Below the pieces are notes generated by a model. That model was not told the DNA's origin. It saw only the letters and a program-made list of their open reading frames with translations, and made no database searches. DNA of 64,000 nucleotides. Origin: Octopus vulgaris. Its lineage: Eukaryota. Each line of letters opens with the position of its first letter. Position 1 is the first letter of the stretch. The stretch is taken from contig OX597814.1 of NCBI GenBank assembly GCA_951406725.2, forward strand, positions 23,002,001 to 23,066,000. Direction: 5' to 3'. Made by a program: the position numbers and the translations under genes. This document shows positions 62,854-64,000 of the stretch, in pieces.

Positions 62854-64000
62854 AGTCATACAAGTGTTACTTATAATGTTTAGAGGGAAGCTTCTACACC
62901 ATCATACAAGCCTTTTGACTTACTGTTTTTCATATGGTTATAAAATATAACTGATATTCTTTGGGTAGAAAGTTTAAAAGAAAAACCTGCTTTTATCCAA
63001 AGAATTTAGGAAGATATACAAAAGTATCACTAATTATGTTTTAAATGACACTAACATATAATAAGGCTATGAATGGACAATGTTTTCCAACCAGATCAAC
63101 CGTTGGTATGGATTTTCTAAAGACTTGGATATATTTTTAAAAGTCTACAGCATACCCTAGACATTTCTTATGGTGTACCATAGCACCACAGCAATCATTT
63201 GAAACTGCTAGAAATAGCTGTCTAATCTTTCATGTTACACACTTCCCAATGTCAGGGGAAGAACATATTTGATAATGTTATCGCAGCTACATTATGGAAT
63301 GGTTACAAATAAAGTCTTGCTCAATAAAAACTGACCTTGGTCTAAACAACAAGAACATAATAATAATAATAATAATAATAATGACAAAACAATTGTTACT
63401 TACATAAGCTTCAATTATACAATAATTTTATCCTTTGCAGCAATTGATAGTGCTTTATTATGATATGCAATTATGGCTATATGGACTAGACTAGTTAAGA
63501 AGATTTAAGTGTTTTTGGCCATAGACAGAACACAGAATTAAGATATAAACTGTAAATCTTAGAGATCATATACTCTGTCATTCAATTCATTGAAAATTGT
63601 ATGTTGTTGTTGATGCTGCTGCTGCTGCTGATGATGATGATGATGAACAGACGGGTGGAGGAAAAGATGAAATGGGAATGTATTTCTGTAGGATTTCTTT
63701 CAAATATATTATTATTAAGCAAATAAAATCAATAAATACTACTGATCAAAATAACTCTCAGATGACATAAATAAAACTCTTTAATCACAAATCGTCTGTT
63801 ATCCTATATTTCCATTCTGAACGTATACTTGGCAACACAAACAGATGTTCTTTCATCTCATGTTTATTCGGTAAGGGTCAATTCTAACATATATTTCTAT
63901 GTTTATTCTCACTTTACTCTGAAACTGATAAGTCTTCTGTAATGTTGTCATCATTGTTATATTTATCGCTGTTACTTTTATTTAGCCTCAGGTTTATGTA

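Overview
AT-rich eukaryotic genomic DNA, not prokaryotic. Inferred to be octopod cephalopod (Octopus-like) intronic or intergenic sequence from its composition, dense microsatellites and repeat types. No intact host gene is recognisable, and most ORF-track entries are microsatellite or antisense artefacts. The window is a mosaic of mobile-element remains: Dong/R4-type restriction-endonuclease LINEs sitting in (TAA)n runs, RTE LINE fragments and their 3'UTRs, several tRNA-derived SINE families, a Penelope-like (PLE) GIY-YIG remnant, TTAA-flanked MITEs, Helitron-like pieces, and two mini LTR-type elements with 5-bp TSDs. The most notable signal is a set of non-coding elements with type I hammerhead ribozyme motifs. 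Two are in (TA)n-embedded elements (21425-21511, 55370-55433). Two more are in the 3' part of a tRNA-headed SINE family (52620-54657, 57706-58026), which suggests a Pol III SINE mobilised by Penelope machinery. A few weak candidate exons are noted. Boundaries of degraded repeats are approximate because they were read by eye.
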